Source: Zootoca vivipara (lineage: Eukaryota). Taken from it: a DNA stretch of 64,000 nucleotides. The notes under the pieces were generated by a model. It worked only from the letters and a program-made list of their open reading frames with translations, had not been told where the DNA came from and made no database searches. Positions 24,840 through 38,311 of this stretch are shown piece after piece. The stretch is from NCBI RefSeq assembly GCF_963506605.1, contig NC_083288.1, positions 30,256,001 to 30,320,000 on the forward strand, given 5' to 3'. A program made the translations under genes and the position numbers. Each line of letters begins with the position of its first letter. Position 1 is the first letter of the stretch.

Positions 24840-27245
24840 GAGATGGCAGCACATTGAATCTAGCGAGGGTAAACGACCACACACACACCCAGATTCCTTT
24901 AATAGAATACCCTTAAAAGAGGAGGGGCAAGTGATGGTCACAACCTCCCCTCCCATAAGCCAAGATTCTCCAATGCCTAACCGCCAGCCAAGCTAAAACG
25001 GCTTGCCGCCAATACCCTCACACCTGCAACCAACACCTAATGCCCTCAATGACATCGGCCAACTAAACATCATTTCCACGATCAGAAAGATGAACGCCAT
25101 CATCACAGAACAAGGCCTCATTGCTGAACACAATAGTGGGGCCCTTCAGCATCTGCACTTTCAGTGCCACCGCTTGATTCACAAGTTTCCTGGCCTTGTT
25201 AATTGCGGCTGGGTGGAGGCTGTTACACCACACATGCCTCTCTAGTAGAAGCGACCAAATCAAAGTCATGTTGGGATATGATGCAGCCAACCCATCAAAG
25301 TCCCTTTTTATGTTCCACGTCAAGTCCAAGCCTAAAGGCCAAGTCATTCTCCCCCAGCTGCACTATCAGAGCGTTGGGAGGGCCAAGCAAAGCAGCTCTG
25401 GCTTTTATGATTGGCAAAAACTTTCCCCATCGCATTCCATGCTTTGAGATCCAGGAAACTCTGACGTTTTGGGGCAATCCAAACCTGCACCCCAAACTGC
25501 TGTCAATTGCACACACAGAGGCCCAGGGGACAATGCTGTGACCCTAGATGCAAATATGAGTCCCAATAGCACCTGAGAGTAAAGAAGTGACAACGTGTGG
25601 TTAGAAGTGACAATGGCCAGTTACAAATTCTTGTGAATATACTCCATGTAAGCATCCTATTAAATAGTGGGTCGACAACACAACAATTCTTCAAGAAGCT
25701 CTTTATTCGGAAGCCAGAACAGAACAGAACTGCATTGCCGAGCTGGCCTGCTTTTATGGAGGTTGGCTCAAACAATGTATCAAACATAATTCAAAGTTCC
25801 CTCCTAAAGTTCCCTCCTAAAACAACTGTCAAGGACCTGAGGGAAAACTATATACACTAATATATAACACATCTGATCTCCAATGACCCATGTCTTTGAT
25901 TCTGTCCATTGGCAGACCCAGATGAGCAGCCACCACGGCGGCTCCAATCCTAAAGGAGTGTGCAGCATATTCACTAGCCGGGAGTCCACAGGCTTCAATG
26001 GCCTTACGCATCACACATGTAAACTGATGCCAGGCAAGGCGGGATCCATCCTGATGTATCAGGAATGGGCCTGGACCAGGGGGCCTTAGGTGAAGGTATC
26101 TCCTGGTATCTTTAACAGGACAAGGACCCTTCTGCTCCGATGCTGAGAATCTGATAAGGGCACCTTTCCCACTCTGGTCAGTTTTGATAGATGAATGCAG
26201 ACCACTAACTCTGTGCTGGACAGATTTATGTCTTCCAAACATAGCACCCTGGAGGCGCAACCTGGCTCCCTCTCATTGACAACCTCGTCCACCCTTAGGG
26301 CGTCAAAGAAAGCAATAGCATAAGCAGCAGAGAATAAGCAAGATTCATATTTTGACTAGCAAATTACTCTTAACCTCCTGTGTATTTGATAAAGAAAGTT
26401 GGACGTGATAGGCCTTCTACCCTCTCTGCTTGGTGGTTGAAAGCTGTGCCACCCCTCAATTGCCCTACGGACGACAAATTCTGCGTAGGGATCCATGGAA
26501 TAAATGGATTTACTAAAAAAAAGAAAAGAAAATAGCAGCTGACTGGATGTTTAAAGTCTGAGCTGCACACCCCAGGTAGCAGGCAGAAGGCTGACTCGAT
26601 GTCACACCTGGCAAACAGTGCCCCCTGACCAAAGGTCCGAATGAGCTTTATGGCATGATCAAAGGAGGCATACTTCACCGAGCAAAGCTCGGATGGAATA
26701 GCATTATTAACTGAGCTCCCTTTGGGACATGACAAATTGTGAATCTTGCAATATTCACCTGCGCCTTTTTAGGCACAATACCCAATGGGGAAATGTGTAA
26801 ACCGCGGATGGGGTGAATGTAAAGTGGCCAGTCACCCGACCAGCTGCAATTCCCTTGGCTATTTTCTTTTTAGCAACATCTGGCTTTCCCTCACAGATTT
26901 TTTGTTGGGTGGGTCCGTGGAGTTAGGAGGGAATGATACTGGGATCCTAAAGTCCTGGGAGAAGCCCATCCCCCCAAAAAAAGTTTTAGCTGCCTCCTTG
27001 TTTGGATATTGTTCTAGGAGGAGCTTCAGGAACAAGAAGGGAGAGCTCCTGTGCGGCTGTTTAAATGAGCCAAGCCATGCCCCCCAGCTGACCAGATTGA
27101 ACGGCTGTAGGCATGATGCGGCCGGGACTCCCCTATGGCGTGGGGAAAATGCCACAGCCCCACTGTACACAGGGAGAGCACCTGACCTACTCGCAACACT
27201 GCCCCCCTAAGAAGGGGAAACAGCCTTAGCCCAAAGGTGAAAAAT
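24840..27245 (-). mobile_element. Degenerate Ngaro/DIRS-group tyrosine-recombinase retrotransposon
   Basis: Broken frames give an RT fragment (KYASFDHAIKLIR.FGQGALFARCDIESAF), a tyrosine recombinase (HSFRIGAA...MGHWRS) and an SGNH hydrolase (LIVQLGENDL; DDGVHLS), the order seen in Ngaro elements. Confidence 0.85.
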
Positions 27246-27838
27246 CCCCAGTTAATCCATTCAGACTACCTTTCTTTACCTCCTTTCCAGATGGCTTCAA
27301 CTTTTAATGTTTGCTTGCTTGTTTGCTTGCTTGAAGTATTTAAAATTTCAGAATGAACCTGTTGCGTGTCTGCCCACTTACTGTAGTAGGTGACATTTGG
27401 TGGAAGTAATATGCCTTCTACAGATGTCTCAGGCAGAAATTCACGATATACATCTGTAGCAAGGGATTGGGATATCCAGGCACGTATTTTTGCCTGGATA
27501 TTTTCCACAGCTGTGGCTGTGGCAGGGAAGCAGAGTGCCTTCAACAGATGTATTCAGGCAAAAATTCATCATGGCTACATGAACCATGTGACTGAGAAAG
27601 CTGTTGCACCTGTTGATTATTTTTTTCTGGATACATGCCTCCTCCCGCATCCCAAAATCCAGGGCTAAGTATGGATGCAGGGAGCCAAGTTTGTAAGCAA
27701 GCATAATAGGCAACCCTTGGCAAAGTATTCCCTGTTTAAATAATGTGAACAGTAACATTCCTTTTGATATTTTAAGCAGGTGAAGAAATGGCAAACACCT
27801 CAGATCACATTTGGAGGGGGCTGGTGGTTGTTTTTAAA

Positions 27839-28780
27839 CTATGAAACTGATTTATTGTTTGGAAGCTTCTGGTAAAACAGCTTCCACAGGGCAGTTTTGA
27901 CATCCTTATTCCTCATGCTGTAAATTACCGGGTTCATCATTGGAGGAACCACTGAGTATATCACAGCAAGCACTTCATCCAGATTATATGAAGGGCTGGA
28001 GGGTGGCATAACATAGGAGAAGATACCTGTACTAAGTAAGAGAGAAACAACAGTGAGGTGGGGGATGCAAGTAGAGAAGGCTTTCTGCCTGCTTGCCTTG
28101 GAGGACATTCTCAGCACTGTGGTAAAGATCTGAACATAGGATGTGACAATGAGCACAAAGCAGCCAAGACCTAAGGCTGAACTAAAGAGAAGGGCCCACA
28201 TTTCACTGAAGTGCGGATCAGAGCAGGATATCTTCATCAGGTGTGGGATTTCACAAAAGAACTGAGAGATGATGTTGGAGCAGAAGGGCAGTGAAAAAAT
28301 GGTACCTGTGTGCAGAGCAGCATTAAGGAAGCCTGCTGCCCATGCCCCACCTGCCAGCTGAATACACCTTCCCCACTTCATCACAGAGGTATAGTGCAGT
28401 GGGTGGCAGATGGCCACATACCGGTCATAGGCCATGACAGTGAGGAGGAAAATGTCTGATGACATGAAGAAGAGAAAGAAAAGCATTTGTGCCACACATT
28501 CAGAATATGAAATATGTGTTGTGTTCATCAGGGCATTAGCTATTGATCTGGGAATGGTGACACTCGTGGATCCAAGGTCAACAACTGATAAGTTGACGAG
28601 GAAAAAATACATTGGGGTCTGAAGGTGGGTAGTTCTAGCTACCAGGATGATGATGAGGAAGTTTCCAATGAGAATCACCATGTACATTGCTGTGAAGACT
28701 GCAAGGTGTAGGATCTGGAGTTCCCTTTGGTCTGAAAATCCCAGAAGCAGGAAATATCTTATGATGGTTACATTAGACAT
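27839..28780 (-). CDS. Olfactory receptor, intact, OR14-family-like
   Basis: 313 aa; NVT site, LQTPMY, MAYDRYVAICHPLHY, KAFSTCIPHL, PPMMNPVIYSMRN. Confidence 0.96.
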   Translation of the reverse strand: MSNVTIIRYFLLLGFSDQRELQILHLAVFTAMYMVILIGNFLIIILVARTTHLQTPMYFFLVNLSVVDLGSTSVTIPRSIANALMNTTHISYSECVAQMLFFLFFMSSDIFLLTVMAYDRYVAICHPLHYTSVMKWGRCIQLAGGAWAAGFLNAALHTGTIFSLPFCSNIISQFFCEIPHLMKISCSDPHFSEMWALLFSSALGLGCFVLIVTSYVQIFTTVLRMSSKASRQKAFSTCIPHLTVVSLLLSTGIFSYVMPPSSPSYNLDEVLAVIYSVVPPMMNPVIYSMRNKDVKTALWKLFYQKLPNNKSVS

Positions 28781-28999
28781 GTCTTCTCAGTCTGTTCGGG
28801 GAATAAGAGAGACCATTATAAAAATGTTGCTTGTGCAAGAATATGGTTCCATCCAGTATCTAGCAATGGCCAACTCAATACCTATTGGATGTCCACAAGC
28901 AGGTCAAAAGCACAATGACATTCTACCACTCATGTTCTTCCACAACTGACATTCAGAGACACATATCTTCCAACATTTCCCACTGAAAATAGTGACTTC

Positions 29000-29052
<53 letters not shown>

Positions 29053-30088
29053 TTGTTATGTATACTTGCCCATCTGACTGGGGTGCCCCAACAACTCTGG
29101 GCAGCTTCCCACATATATAAAAACATAATAAACCAGTAAACATAACAATAACTCCCCTATACAGGGCTGCCTCCAGATCTCTTCTAAAGGTTGTATAGTT
29201 CATTATCTCCATGATTTGGTGGTCACATAACTCCATACCCCCCCCCCAACATTTCTCCAATGAATATAGGGACATCCTAAGGAAAAACAGAACATTTCAG
29301 GATCAAATCAGAAACTGGGACAGCTTCTCTAAATCCAGGACTGTCCCTGGAAAATATGGACACTTGAAGGGTCTAGAGAGATATTCTAACTTAGTGATAT
29401 TTATAGGGACAACTGTAAGGTAGAGGTTGCGGCATGCTCACCATTTGTGTAAAAACAAAAACCCCTATGCAGAACAGAACAGCTAAATAGCAAACAGTTC
29501 GACCCTCAATTTTCACATACCGCCTCTTCCTGAAATCTCCACTTTGTGTAGAGCAGTTTGAAAACCCTCACCACATCTACTCAGAAGTAAGACAATTGGG
29601 CTTATTCCCTGGTAAGTGGGGTTACTTCCTGAAAGCTAGGAATGGTTTGCTTTGCATTCAGAAGCAGTAGAGATCTGACTGCTAGAATGAAAGAAGAGGC
29701 AAAGGAATGAAACAAAGGAGCTTGATGCATTTCTCATCTGCATCAAGCTCCTTTCTGGCAGAGGAGAGATATTATGCTGAGCTGCAAGCATCACTGCTCT
29801 GATCCAGCATCATTGTTCATATGCACCCACGGTCTATCTCTCTTTCCTACCATCTGCCTCTGATTTAAGGCTAACACACACACACACACACACACACTAT
29901 TAAACACTGATTCTATCTAATGTGTTGTTAAATCAGGGAGATCTATGAAAGGCTGCATATCAGCATTTGTTTAAATACACATGGGAAATATTCAACCAAG
30001 GATTACTCAAAGCAGACTCACTGAAATTAATTCACCTAATTTAGTCATCCCACGCATTTCAACATGTCTAATCTGAAGAGGACTAACT

Positions 30089-30334
30089 TAGGGTTGCCAT
30101 ATTTCCAGAGGTAAAAATCTGGACATCCCATAGTGCCTCCGCCATGCCAGAGCCAGAGCCAGAGCCCAGGTTGCCCACATCAGATCCCTGCCTGAACCAG
30201 AGATGCCCAAGCACACACAAAAAAAAACCCCGAAATCCGGGACATTCGCTTTAAAGTGTAAAATTACCCTGGGGGGCATGTAGGACCCCCAAAAGAGAAC
30301 ATGTCCAGAAATTCCTGGACATATGGCCAGCCTA
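30089..30334. mobile_element. hAT-like MITE
   Basis: Ends TAGGGTTGCCATAT / ATATGGCCAGCCTA; internal ggaca/tccgg motifs; partial TSD actaac. Confidence 0.6.
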
Positions 30335-31924
30335 ACTAACATTGAATAATTCCCATTGTTTCTGCTTCACTTGGGTGCAGTTTGGGATGAAAGAGACTAT
30401 AGCCAGGATCCAACTAAAGTTATACAATAAGCAAAGGTAGCCATAGTTAGCCATGANNNNNNNNNNNNNNNNNNNNNNNNNNNNNNNNNNNNNNNNNNNN
30501 NNNNNNNNNNNNNNNNNNNNNNNNNNNNNNNNNNNNNNNNNNNNNNNNNNNNNNNNNNNNNNNNNNNNNNNNNNNNNNNNNNNNNNNNNNNNNNCACCCA
30601 TCTGGCTGGGTTTCCCTAGCCACTCTGGGCGGTTTCAAGCAAAATATTAAAATACAATAATTCATCAAATATTAAAAGCTTCTCTAAACAGGGCTGCCTT
30701 CAGATGTCTTCTAAAAGTCAGATAGTTGTTTATTTCTTTGACATCTGATGGGAGCGTGTTCCACAGGGTGGGCACCACTACCAAGAAGCCATGTGCCTGG
30801 TTTCCTGTAACTTTGCTTCTTGCAGTGACGGAACTGCCAGGGTGAACCAAAATGTCACAAAATCTGTGTAATCAACAGTCCAGTTCAATTGTGACAGTTT
30901 TAAGCCTTGCGATTTCAATAGACATAAACGACTAGTTCTTGCTGTATCAGAACTCTTGCCTATAGTCAATTGGCAATTATCGCACCATGGAGAGCTGGTC
31001 AGAAATAGCTTAGGATGCCTAAGAAAGGAAAACATGCTTAGCAGAAGTACGTCTTGCTAGCCATTACTCTCCCCACAATATTTACACAATACATGAGGCC
31101 ATGCTGAGGCATGAAAGGAATTTGCATGGTAAATGTCACATGGAGCATGATGTCTGCTTGGCTGCAGTTTGCAAACCCCTCAAATAACATGCCTGCTGGA
31201 AACAGGCACTCACAAAGGAGTGAAAATACAGTGTCGGCTAAATGCACTTATGTCAGAAGAAGATCAAAGTGCATGTTGGGGGGATCACAAAGGGATTAGA
31301 TTCACACAATACATTGATGCATAGAGTGGATATGGATTGATTAGAAGTCAGGGAGGGGTTCACAGGGGATCAGAAATAGACATGTACAGAAATGCAGAAG
31401 TAAAATTAAATACTGAGGCAAAGGAAACCATAGAGAAAGAGAGAAAGAAAGAGAGAGGTTTGATAACAGTTTTAAATCTGTCTTTCCCTACAAATATTTT
31501 CCAGCTGGATGCTGGAACTTCTCCCTGAATCTTAACTTGCCATATAACATGATATTTATCACTTTTTCCATCCATCCACTCCTTCAATCATCCTTTTATC
31601 TACCATTCATTATTCAGGGCAGCAAAAGAATGTCTATATTTACTTCATGTACTTACATTAAATTCCTATTTCTTTGAGGTTTGAAGGAAGCAACCTGTCG
31701 TTGTGCAAGCATAAGATGTGTGCCCTGCTGGGTACAAGCAGAACCAGAAGTGCTAAAAGGTGTGAGAAAAGGGATATGAAGAGTAAGAATGATTCCTAGG
31801 GATTAACTACCTGAAGGTTCTGTGCAACTCTTCAGCAAAGCCCTAGAGACAAAACAGTGTCACTCTTGCATGCCCCCTTTGGAGCATTTTTCATCATACA
31901 AGGCCCTTATTCTTGCATTGTGCT

Positions 31925-34900
31925 GTAAGTCACCCAGAGTGGCTGGGGAAACACAGCCAGATGGGCAGGGTATAAATAATAAGTTGTTGTTGTTAAAAAT
32001 TGAAAACACAATAAAACATCAAACAGGGCTGCCTTCAGATCTAAAAGTCAGGTACTAGTTTATTTCCTTGACATCTGATGGCAGAGCGTTCCGCAGGGTG
32101 GGTGCCACTACTGAGAAGGCCCTCTGCCTAGTTCCCTGTAACCTCACTTGCAGGGAGGGAACCACCAGAAGGCCCTCAGAACTGGACCTCAGTGTCCAGG
32201 CTGAACAGTGGGGGTGGAGATACTCCTTCAGGTATACTGGGTATACTGGGTCAGCATCAACACTTTGAATTGTGTTCGGAAACGTACTGGGAGCCAATGT
32301 AGGTCTTTCAGGACCGTTGTTATATGCTCTTGGCGACCACTCCCAGTAATCAGTTTAGCTGCCACATTCTGGATTAGTTGCAGTTTCCAGTTCACCTTCA
32401 AAGGTAGCCCCACGTAGAGCGCATTGCAGTAGTCCAAGCGGGAGATAACCAGAGCATGCACCACTCTGGCGAGACAGTCTGCGGGCAGGTAGGGTCTCAG
32501 CCTGCGTACCAGGTGGAGCTGGTGGACAGCTGCCCTGGACACAGAATTGACCTGCACCTCATGGACAGCTGTGAGTCCAAAATGACTCCCAGGCTGCACA
32601 CGTGATCCTTCAGAGGCACAGTTACCCCATTCAGGACCAGGGAGTCCTCCACACCCACCTGCCCCCTGTCACCCCAAAACAGTACTTCTGTCTTGTCAGA
32701 ATTCAACCTCAATCCGTTAGCCGCCATCCATTCTCCAACTGCCTCCAGGCACTCACACAGGACCTTCACCACTTTCACTGGTTCTGATTTAAAAGAGAGG
32801 TAGAGCTGGGTATCATCCGCATACTGATGAACACCCAGCCCAAACCCCCTGATGATCTCTCCCAGCAGCTTCATATAAATGTTAAAAAAGCATGGGGAGA
32901 GGACGGAACCCTTTGACACCCCACAAGTGAGAGCCATGGGGTCTAAACACTCACCCCCCTATTTTCTGGACATGGCCCAGGAGGAAGGAGCGGAACCACC
33001 ATATAATGGTGCCCCCGGCTTCCAGGTCCTCTAGACGGTCCAGAAGGATGTTATAATTAATGGTATCAAAGGCTGCTGAGAGAGCCAGCAGAACTAGGAA
33101 ACCACTTTCACATTTGTCCCTAGCCTGCCAGAGATCATCAACCAGCATGACCAAGACAGTTTGAGTCCCATGATGAGGCCTGAATCCCGACTGGAAGGGA
33201 TCCAAATGGTCCGCATCCTCCAGGCATGTCTGGAGTTGTTCATCAACCACCCGCTCAATCACCTTGCCACCTCTGTCAGCGGGTCTGGGAAGTCTCCCTC
33301 ATAGAGGCAAGCATTCCTCACCCCATGGAGTCTATTGCCCAACCCTTCCTGGCTCGCTTTTATGAGCCAGGATGGGCAAGGATCAAGGAGACAGGTGGTT
33401 GGCTTCACTCGTCCAAGCAGCCTGTCCACATCCTCGGAGGTAACAGATTGGAATTGATCCCACACAACTTGACTAGACAGAACTCTAGCACTTTTCCGCC
33501 CCGGCCCTGCTCCCATGGTGGGGTGTACAGTGGTACCTCTACTTACGAATAACTCTACTTACAAATGTTTCTACTTACGAACGGAGCTCCGTCCGCCATC
33601 TTGAATGCAGTTTAGATAGGATTTTTTCTACTTACGAATTTTTAGATAGGGTTGCTTTGACTTACAATTTTTTTCTCCCAATGCATTCCTATGGGATTCG
33701 ACTTACAATTTTTTTCGACTTATGAATGTGCATTAAATTCGTAAGTAGAGATACCACTGTACCAGGTGCCTCTTTCCAAATCTGAGCAACTTTATCTGCA
33801 AAAATCTTTGCAAAATCATTGCAGGAGATCTTGGGGTCCTTACCAGGCCCTGGTGGCAAAGGTGGTTCTGTTAAATTGTGAACCACCTGAAAGAGCCTCT
33901 GCTGCTCTTTTCTGCAGATACAATAGAGGCAGTGAAGAAGATCCTCTTTGCCATTGTTATCGCCACTTGGTAGGTTCAATGTTGAGCTGTAACCTGTGTC
34001 CAGTCTGATTAAGAATGAATTTTCTGCCACCGACGTTCTAGCCGTCTCAGCAATTGTTTTATTGCCCTCAGCTCTGGGGAAAACCATGGAGCTGTCCAGG
34101 CTCCATGCAATCAGAGAGGGCGCTTCAGAGCCAGGCAGTCGATAGCCCTGGTTAACTCCACATTCCAGTGGGCCACCAGGGAATCAGCTGAAAGGCTATT
34201 AACATGGGATAAAACATCCCCTACCACTCTCTAGAAACCATTTGGACCCATTAAGTGGTAGAGGCAGACCATCTGAATCGGGCCCACCTCCCTGCAGAGG
34301 AGAAGGGTCGTGGAGAAGTCCAGTTGCACCAAGAAGTGATCTGACCATGGCACTTCTTTTGTTTTGTTTTTATTTAGTGTCAGATCACCCACATCCATAG
34401 AGGTGAACACCAGGTCTAAGGCATGTCTGTGACTATGAGTTGGGCCAAACCTATTCAGGGACAGTCCCATGGAGGCCATGCTTTCCACAAAATCCTGAGG
34501 TGCCCCTTGTAGGGTTGTGTTGACATAGATGTTGAAATCTCCTAGGACAACCAAACTAGGTGTCTCCAGGAGAACATCTGCCACAACCTGAAGCAGCCCA
34601 GGCAGGGAATCCTTTGTGCAGTGTGGAGGTTGGTACACCAAAAGTAATCCTGTACTGCCCCTATTGCCCATCTTCCAGAACATGCACTCAGAAAACTGGG
34701 TCTTCCCAATAGGATGCCTGGTGCAAACTAATGACTTCATAAAAATCACTGCAATCCCCCTTCCCAGCTCATATGATATGGGTTTCTGTGCCTAATAGAA
34801 ACTTGGTGGACAAGCAGTGGCAAGAACAGGCCCATCTGCTTCATTCAACCAAGTCCCTGTTACACATGCCAGGTCAAGTCCTCCATCCCCAATCAAGTCA

Positions 34901-35155
34901 TTGATTCCAGCATCCTTCTGGTCAAGGCCAGACCTGGAGGCAGGGATAGTCTTCAAACAACAATTAAACCCGCCTCCTCGGTAATGACATGGTCTGGTCT
35001 TAGCATAGCTCCTCCTCCTAACCTTGATCACTGTGATCGGATGTCCCAGTGCACCCCCACCCCACCCCCGTGGAACCTGCCCCAGCCATTCTGTTGGCTG
35101 CGGCCCACTCCCAGACAGCCCTGACCCTCTCCCCTTAAAAGCAAACACAAACTAT
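31925..35155 (-). mobile_element. Near full-length degenerate L2-type LINE
   Basis: Endonuclease (LVVLGDFNI, HALDLVF, WSDHFLV), RT (QSGFRPHHGT, GSVLSP, QYADDTQLY) and C-terminus (LHWLPVRFR), with frameshifts; (AAT)n at 35160. Confidence 0.9.
33528..33759. mobile_element. Tc1/pogo-type MITE nested in the L2
   Basis: TA|CAGTGGTACCTCTACTTACGAA ... TTCGTAAGTAGAGATACCACTG|TA; internal (C/G)ACTTACGAA repeats. Confidence 0.9.
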
Positions 35156-35157
35156 AC

Positions 35158-35199
<42 letters not shown>

Positions 35200-35294
35200 G
35201 AAACTAATAATAATAAGAAAAACATTTTACAATTACACTAAAACTAAACCAATTCCCAGTCCCACCCAAATGTCCATCTCACCCCCAACAGAGA

Positions 35295-35329
<35 letters not shown>

Positions 35330-35892
35330 CCCCATAATTTAAAAAGCCACAGATAAAAATAAAAACAATTTAAAGGAGGAGCCCTCTCTGCTGAGCAGCA
35401 GCCGCAGTCCTTGTGAAGCCCGTCCTGTTTTTGTTGTTGCTGCTGCTGCTGCTGTTGTTGATAATGATGATGTCACCATAAATTTGTTCTTCTGTGAACT
35501 TTCTGAAAACAATTTGAAAACTATATAACTAGGTAGAGCAACAAGGATACCTACCCCAAGGGCAGCATAGACTCAAAGGTTATGTATTATATTTCCATTT
35601 ATTTAAAATAATATTGAAATTTCCCCAAAAAAATAAATAAATCAGAAAACAATAACAAGTGGCTTTTGCATGAAAGTGTTGTCCCAGGAAAAAATGCTTG
35701 TCCAATATGGAAATATTTCTTCCACTTTTAGTGATGAAGGGGGAAAACTACACTGAAGCAGAGTTATGGTTGTGTTCAGCTCAGTTTTATTTGGAGTAAC
35801 TACGTAATTAAAATCAATCACCTCAACTTATGTTTATTACTTTCAAGCTGTCAGTTCTAAGTAGGACTTACCGTGCATACCACACAAACATT

Positions 35893-36635
35893 ATTATTTT
35901 TTTGAAAACTTTATTAAGATTAAAATACAAGAAAAATATAAAAGAAAATATAACAGTATAAAACAATAATACAAATGAAACATATTCACAAATAAAACAC
36001 GAATCACATAATGAAAAATTATTATCTCATTCTTCTCTTCTGGTTCCTCTATATTTAATATACAATTTAATCTAACATATTCTTTCTCCTCTGTAAGTTG
36101 ACTTCCGCTTGTCTTCTTCCCGGGCTGAAACATTCATACCTTTTTACACTGCATCGCTTAGATTTTCACCTTTAGTTAGTGCGAGATGTTAAAAGTAAAT
36201 CCAAGTTTTTATCATGGGGCACTGCTTTTTGAAATAATCTCCACATTTTTCCCAGCTTTGAATGAATTTTTTATTACTCCCCCCTCTAATTGCATTTGTT
36301 AATTTGTCCAATTCCATGAAATTTAATAATTTATCTTGCCATTCTTCAATTTTTGGGATTTCTTCTTTTTTCCAATATTTGGCAAGTAGGATTCTTGCTG
36401 CTGCCACTGCATATAAAAAGATTTTTTCATCCTGTTTAATTATGTCTTCCCCCATTATCCCTAACAAAAAGGACTCTGGACACTTTTTAATATTATATTT
36501 ACATATCTTTTTGATCTCTTCCAATATCCCATTCCAGAATATTTTAACTTTCTCGCAGTGCCACCATATATGCACAAATGTCCCCACTTCCTTTTTACAT
36601 CTCCAGCAGAGGTTGTCTCTAGTTTTGTACATTTT
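35893..36635 (-). mobile_element. L1-like LINE 3' end
   Basis: CWRCKKEVGTFVHIWWHC zinc knuckle, AARILLAKYWK; AT-rich 3'UTR with AATAAA. Confidence 0.8.
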
Positions 36636-36832
36636 ATGAATTCTTACCGGCGTCAGATACCCCTTTTACCACACAAACATTTTACATTCCCAGTGATATT
36701 GATAATAACTCACAATTTGAATTCAATATATTATGCAATGCTAAAATGCAATACAGTGAAAATAAAGTGGGAAATGATATAAGTTTTATGTTAAATTCTT
36801 CCATAATTTAACACAAGTAAGCAGCAGGGTTA

Positions 36833-37783
36833 TCAGTGAAAAGGAAGCATTGTGTTCTTGCCTGAAATCTTCCAGTAAAACAGCTTCCCCAGGGCAGCTT
36901 TGACATCCTTATTCCTCATGCTGTAGATTACTGGGTTCATCATTGGAGGAACCACAGAATATATCACAGCAAGCATCTGGTCCAGCTTGTATGAAGAGAT
37001 GGAGGCTGGCATGAGATAAGTAAAAAGAATGGTGCCAACTAAGACAGAGAGAACAATGAGATGGGGAATGCAAGTGGAGAAGGCTTTTTGCCTGTTTGCC
37101 ATGGACGGCATGCTCAACACTGTGCTGAAGATCTGCACATAGGTCAAGACGATGAACACAAAGCAGCCAATACCTAATGCGCAACTGAAGAGGAGTGTCC
37201 AAATTTCATTGAGGTATGAATCAGCGCATGAGATCTTCATTAGGTGTGGGATTTCACAAAAGAACTGATGGATGACGTTGGAACAGAAGGGCAGTGAAAA
37301 AATAGTGCCAGTATGCACAGCAGCATTAAGCAAACCCGCCATCCATGATCCACCTGCCAGTTGGATGCATCTTCCCCACTTCATCATAGACGCATAATGC
37401 AGTGGGTGGCAGATGGCCACATATCGGTCATAGGCCATGACAGTGAGGAGGAACACATCCGACGACAGGAAAAAAACAAAGAAAAGCATTTGTGTCACGC
37501 ATTCAGAATATGAAATCAATGTTGAGTTCATGAGCGCATTGGCCATTGATTTGGGAATAATGACAGAGGTGGAGCCAAGTTCTCCTATCGATAAATTGAC
37601 AAGGAAGAAATACATTGGGGTCTGAAGGTTGGTGTTGAGGGCTACTAGAATTATGAGAATGAGATTTCCTGTAAGGATAACCAGATACATTGCTGAGAAG
37701 ACTGCAAACTGTAAAAGTTGAAACTCTCGTTGGTTAGAAAATCCCAGAAGCAGGAAATAATTGATAATTGTTATATTAGACAT
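36833..37783 (-). CDS. Olfactory receptor, intact, OR14-family-like; closest to 27839-28780
   Basis: True ATG at 37783 (MSNITIINYFLLLGF); all OR motifs present; acceptor ccattctatag at 37848. Confidence 0.96.
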   Translation of the reverse strand: MSNITIINYFLLLGFSNQREFQLLQFAVFSAMYLVILTGNLILIILVALNTNLQTPMYFFLVNLSIGELGSTSVIIPKSMANALMNSTLISYSECVTQMLFFVFFLSSDVFLLTVMAYDRYVAICHPLHYASMMKWGRCIQLAGGSWMAGLLNAAVHTGTIFSLPFCSNVIHQFFCEIPHLMKISCADSYLNEIWTLLFSCALGIGCFVFIVLTYVQIFSTVLSMPSMANRQKAFSTCIPHLIVLSVLVGTILFTYLMPASISSYKLDQMLAVIYSVVPPMMNPVIYSMRNKDVKAALGKLFYWKISGKNTMLPFH

Positions 37784-37951
37784 TACTTCTCCCTCATGCT
37801 CAAGAGGTAGCACAGATTACTAGTCATCAGAAGCCAGGAATCAAAACCTATAGAATGGGGGGAATACCATTAATCTTCATGGATAGTAACTTATATTGTC
37901 TGAACATTCGATACTGCATTTATTTAAAGTGTTTTCTCACTACAAAACAGC

Positions 37952-38067
37952 AACATCAGAATAGTCAGGTATACTCCTAAGAAGATCACAAAGTGCAAAA
38001 TTTGTCATTCTTCATCCCCCGAAATCTCCAGTAATAGAAAATTGTCAATGACGGTTATGCTGGACAT
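37952..38067 (-). pseudogene. Truncated OR 5' relic
   Basis: Translates MSSITVIDNFLLLEISGDEE*QILHFVIFLGVYLTILML, which aligns to the N-terminus/TM1 of the 20242-21210 OR; stop at 38005-38007; own acceptor at 38090. Confidence 0.85.
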
Positions 38068-38189
38068 TATATCTATAAGATTTTGGCTACTGAAGGAACA
38101 GCAGGAAAAATAATGATTCCGTGCACATAAAACAATGTGTGTTCATTCTAAAGTCTTGTTTTTTTCATTAATGTTAGAATTATATTTAC

Positions 38190-38311
38190 TGCCATGCTGG
38201 CCACATGACCTGGAAGCTGTACACCGGCTCCCTCAGCCAGTAAAGCGAGATGAGCACAGCAACCCCGGAGTCATCCACAACCGGACCTAATGGTCAGGGG
38301 TCCCTTTACCT
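38190..38311 (+). mobile_element. Sauria SINE 3' fragment
   Basis: catgctggccacatgacctggaagctg ... ggtcaggggtccctttacc. Confidence 0.85.

Noticed and set aside
37784-37813. N-terminal extension of the OR given by the ORF track
   Set aside because: It starts at GTG; paralog alignment places the ATG at 37783.
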